A stretch of 17,683 nt of DNA from a virus (Duplodnaviria > Heunggongvirae > Uroviricota > Caudoviricetes): IMG/VR virus record IMGVR_UViG_2526164647_000009; one strand, 5' to 3'. Both the position numbers and the translations under genes were made by a program. Positions within the stretch are counted from its first letter, which is position 1. Every line of letters starts with the position of its first letter. Under the pieces are notes generated by a model that was not told the origin of the DNA, made no database searches, and saw only the letters and a list, made by a program, of their open reading frames with translations. Positions 17,202-17,683 of the stretch are shown piece by piece.

Positions 17202-17683
17202 TGCAGGATATCCGGCAGGAAACACTGAATGAATGCACCCGTGCGGAGCAGTCAGCCCGGGTGGAGCTCTGGGAAATCGATCTGACAGAGGTCGGTGGTG
17301 AGCGTTATTTTTTCTGTAATGAGCAGAACGAAAAAGGTGAGCCGGTCACCTGGCAGGGGCGGCAGTATCAGGCATACCCCATTCAGGGGTCGGGGTTTGA
17401 ACTGAACGGCAGGGGCTGTGCTGCCCGTCCGACACTGACGGTCTCTAACCTGCACGGCATGGTCACCGGGATGGCGGAAGATCTGCAGAGTCTGGTCGGC
17501 GGAACGGTGGTCCGGCGTAAGGTTTACGCCCGTTTTCTGGATGCGGTGAACTTCGTCAACGGAAACAGCGACGCCGATCCGGAACAGGAGGTGATCAGCC
17601 GCTGGCGCATCGAGCAGTGCAGCGAACTGAGCGCGGTCAGTGCCTCTTTTGTGCTGGCCACACCAACGGAGACGGATGGCGCG
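17201..17683 (+). CDS. L: Minor tail protein L (lambda gpL-like), 5' partial; runs off the window end
   Basis: My own translation from the ATG at 17201 (overlapping the M stop, TGATG) gives MQDIRQETLNECTRAEQSARVELWEIDLTEVGGERYFFCNEQNEKGEPVTWQGRQYQAYPIQGSGFELNG...VVRRKVYARFLDAVNFVNGNS.ADPEQEVISRWRIEQCSELSAVSASFVL.TPTETDGA, open to the last base. It is not in the ORF track because there is no stop in the window. Confidence 0.9.
   Translation, partial: MQDIRQETLNECTRAEQSARVELWEIDLTEVGGERYFFCNEQNEKGEPVTWQGRQYQAYPIQGSGFELNGRGCAARPTLTVSNLHGMVTGMAEDLQSLVGGTVVRRKVYARFLDAVNFVNGNSDADPEQEVISRWRIEQCSELSAVSASFVLATPTETDGA

Noticed and set aside
4593-17455. Many long minus-strand ORFs inside the phage genes, for example 4796-5284, 6529-7008, 6752-7309, 7892-8359, 10477-10869, 10866-11393, 11592-11963 and 14585-15274.
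   Set aside because: All are antisense to well-supported lambda-like genes, Arg/Pro/Ser/His-rich as expected for reverse frames of GC-rich coding sequence, and lack ribosome-binding sites. I treat them as spurious.
3881-17683. Searched the prophage portion for cargo genes, morons, defence systems or any ORF without a lambda counterpart.
   Set aside because: Gene order is exactly nu1-A-W-B-C/nu3-D-E-FI-FII-Z-U-V-G-T-H-M-L, with overlapping or tightly spaced junctions and no intergenic gap above about 60 bp. Every forward ORF is accounted for by a lambda homologue.

Overview
This window is the left (head and tail morphogenesis) arm of a lambda-like prophage, preceded by a nest of insertion sequences; I could not find a novel or undescribed system in it. 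Positions 1-3880 are entirely IS-derived: an IS66-family transposase fragment (1-403), two inverted 5'-truncated copies of an IS3-family element that I recognise from memory as IS600-like (404-1482 and 2797-3880), and between them a complete IS629 (1491-2796) with a CAC target duplication and a frameshifted orfB. The right IS600-like copy cuts into the terminase small-subunit gene nu1, leaving only its C-terminal third. From 3881 to the window end the genes are contiguous and collinear with phage lambda: nu1 remnant, A, W, B, C with nested nu3, D, E, FI, FII, Z, U, V, G, T, H, M and the start of L. No gap between them exceeds about 60 bp, so there is no room for cargo genes, defence systems, tRNAs or CRISPR arrays. 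The notable content is decay and rearrangement. The portal gene B carries one +1 frameshift and the tape-measure gene H carries two; all three are in or near short homopolymers, so sequencing error must be excluded. Other points are a threefold tandem repeat in the C/nu3 scaffold region, a non-canonical G-T slip site, and the palindromic IS600-IS629-IS600 arrangement. All homology calls come from reading the translations against remembered lambda and IS protein sequences; no database search was run. The IS600/IS629 content and the pseudogene load suggest a Shigella or enterohaemorrhagic E. coli chromosome, but that is inference.
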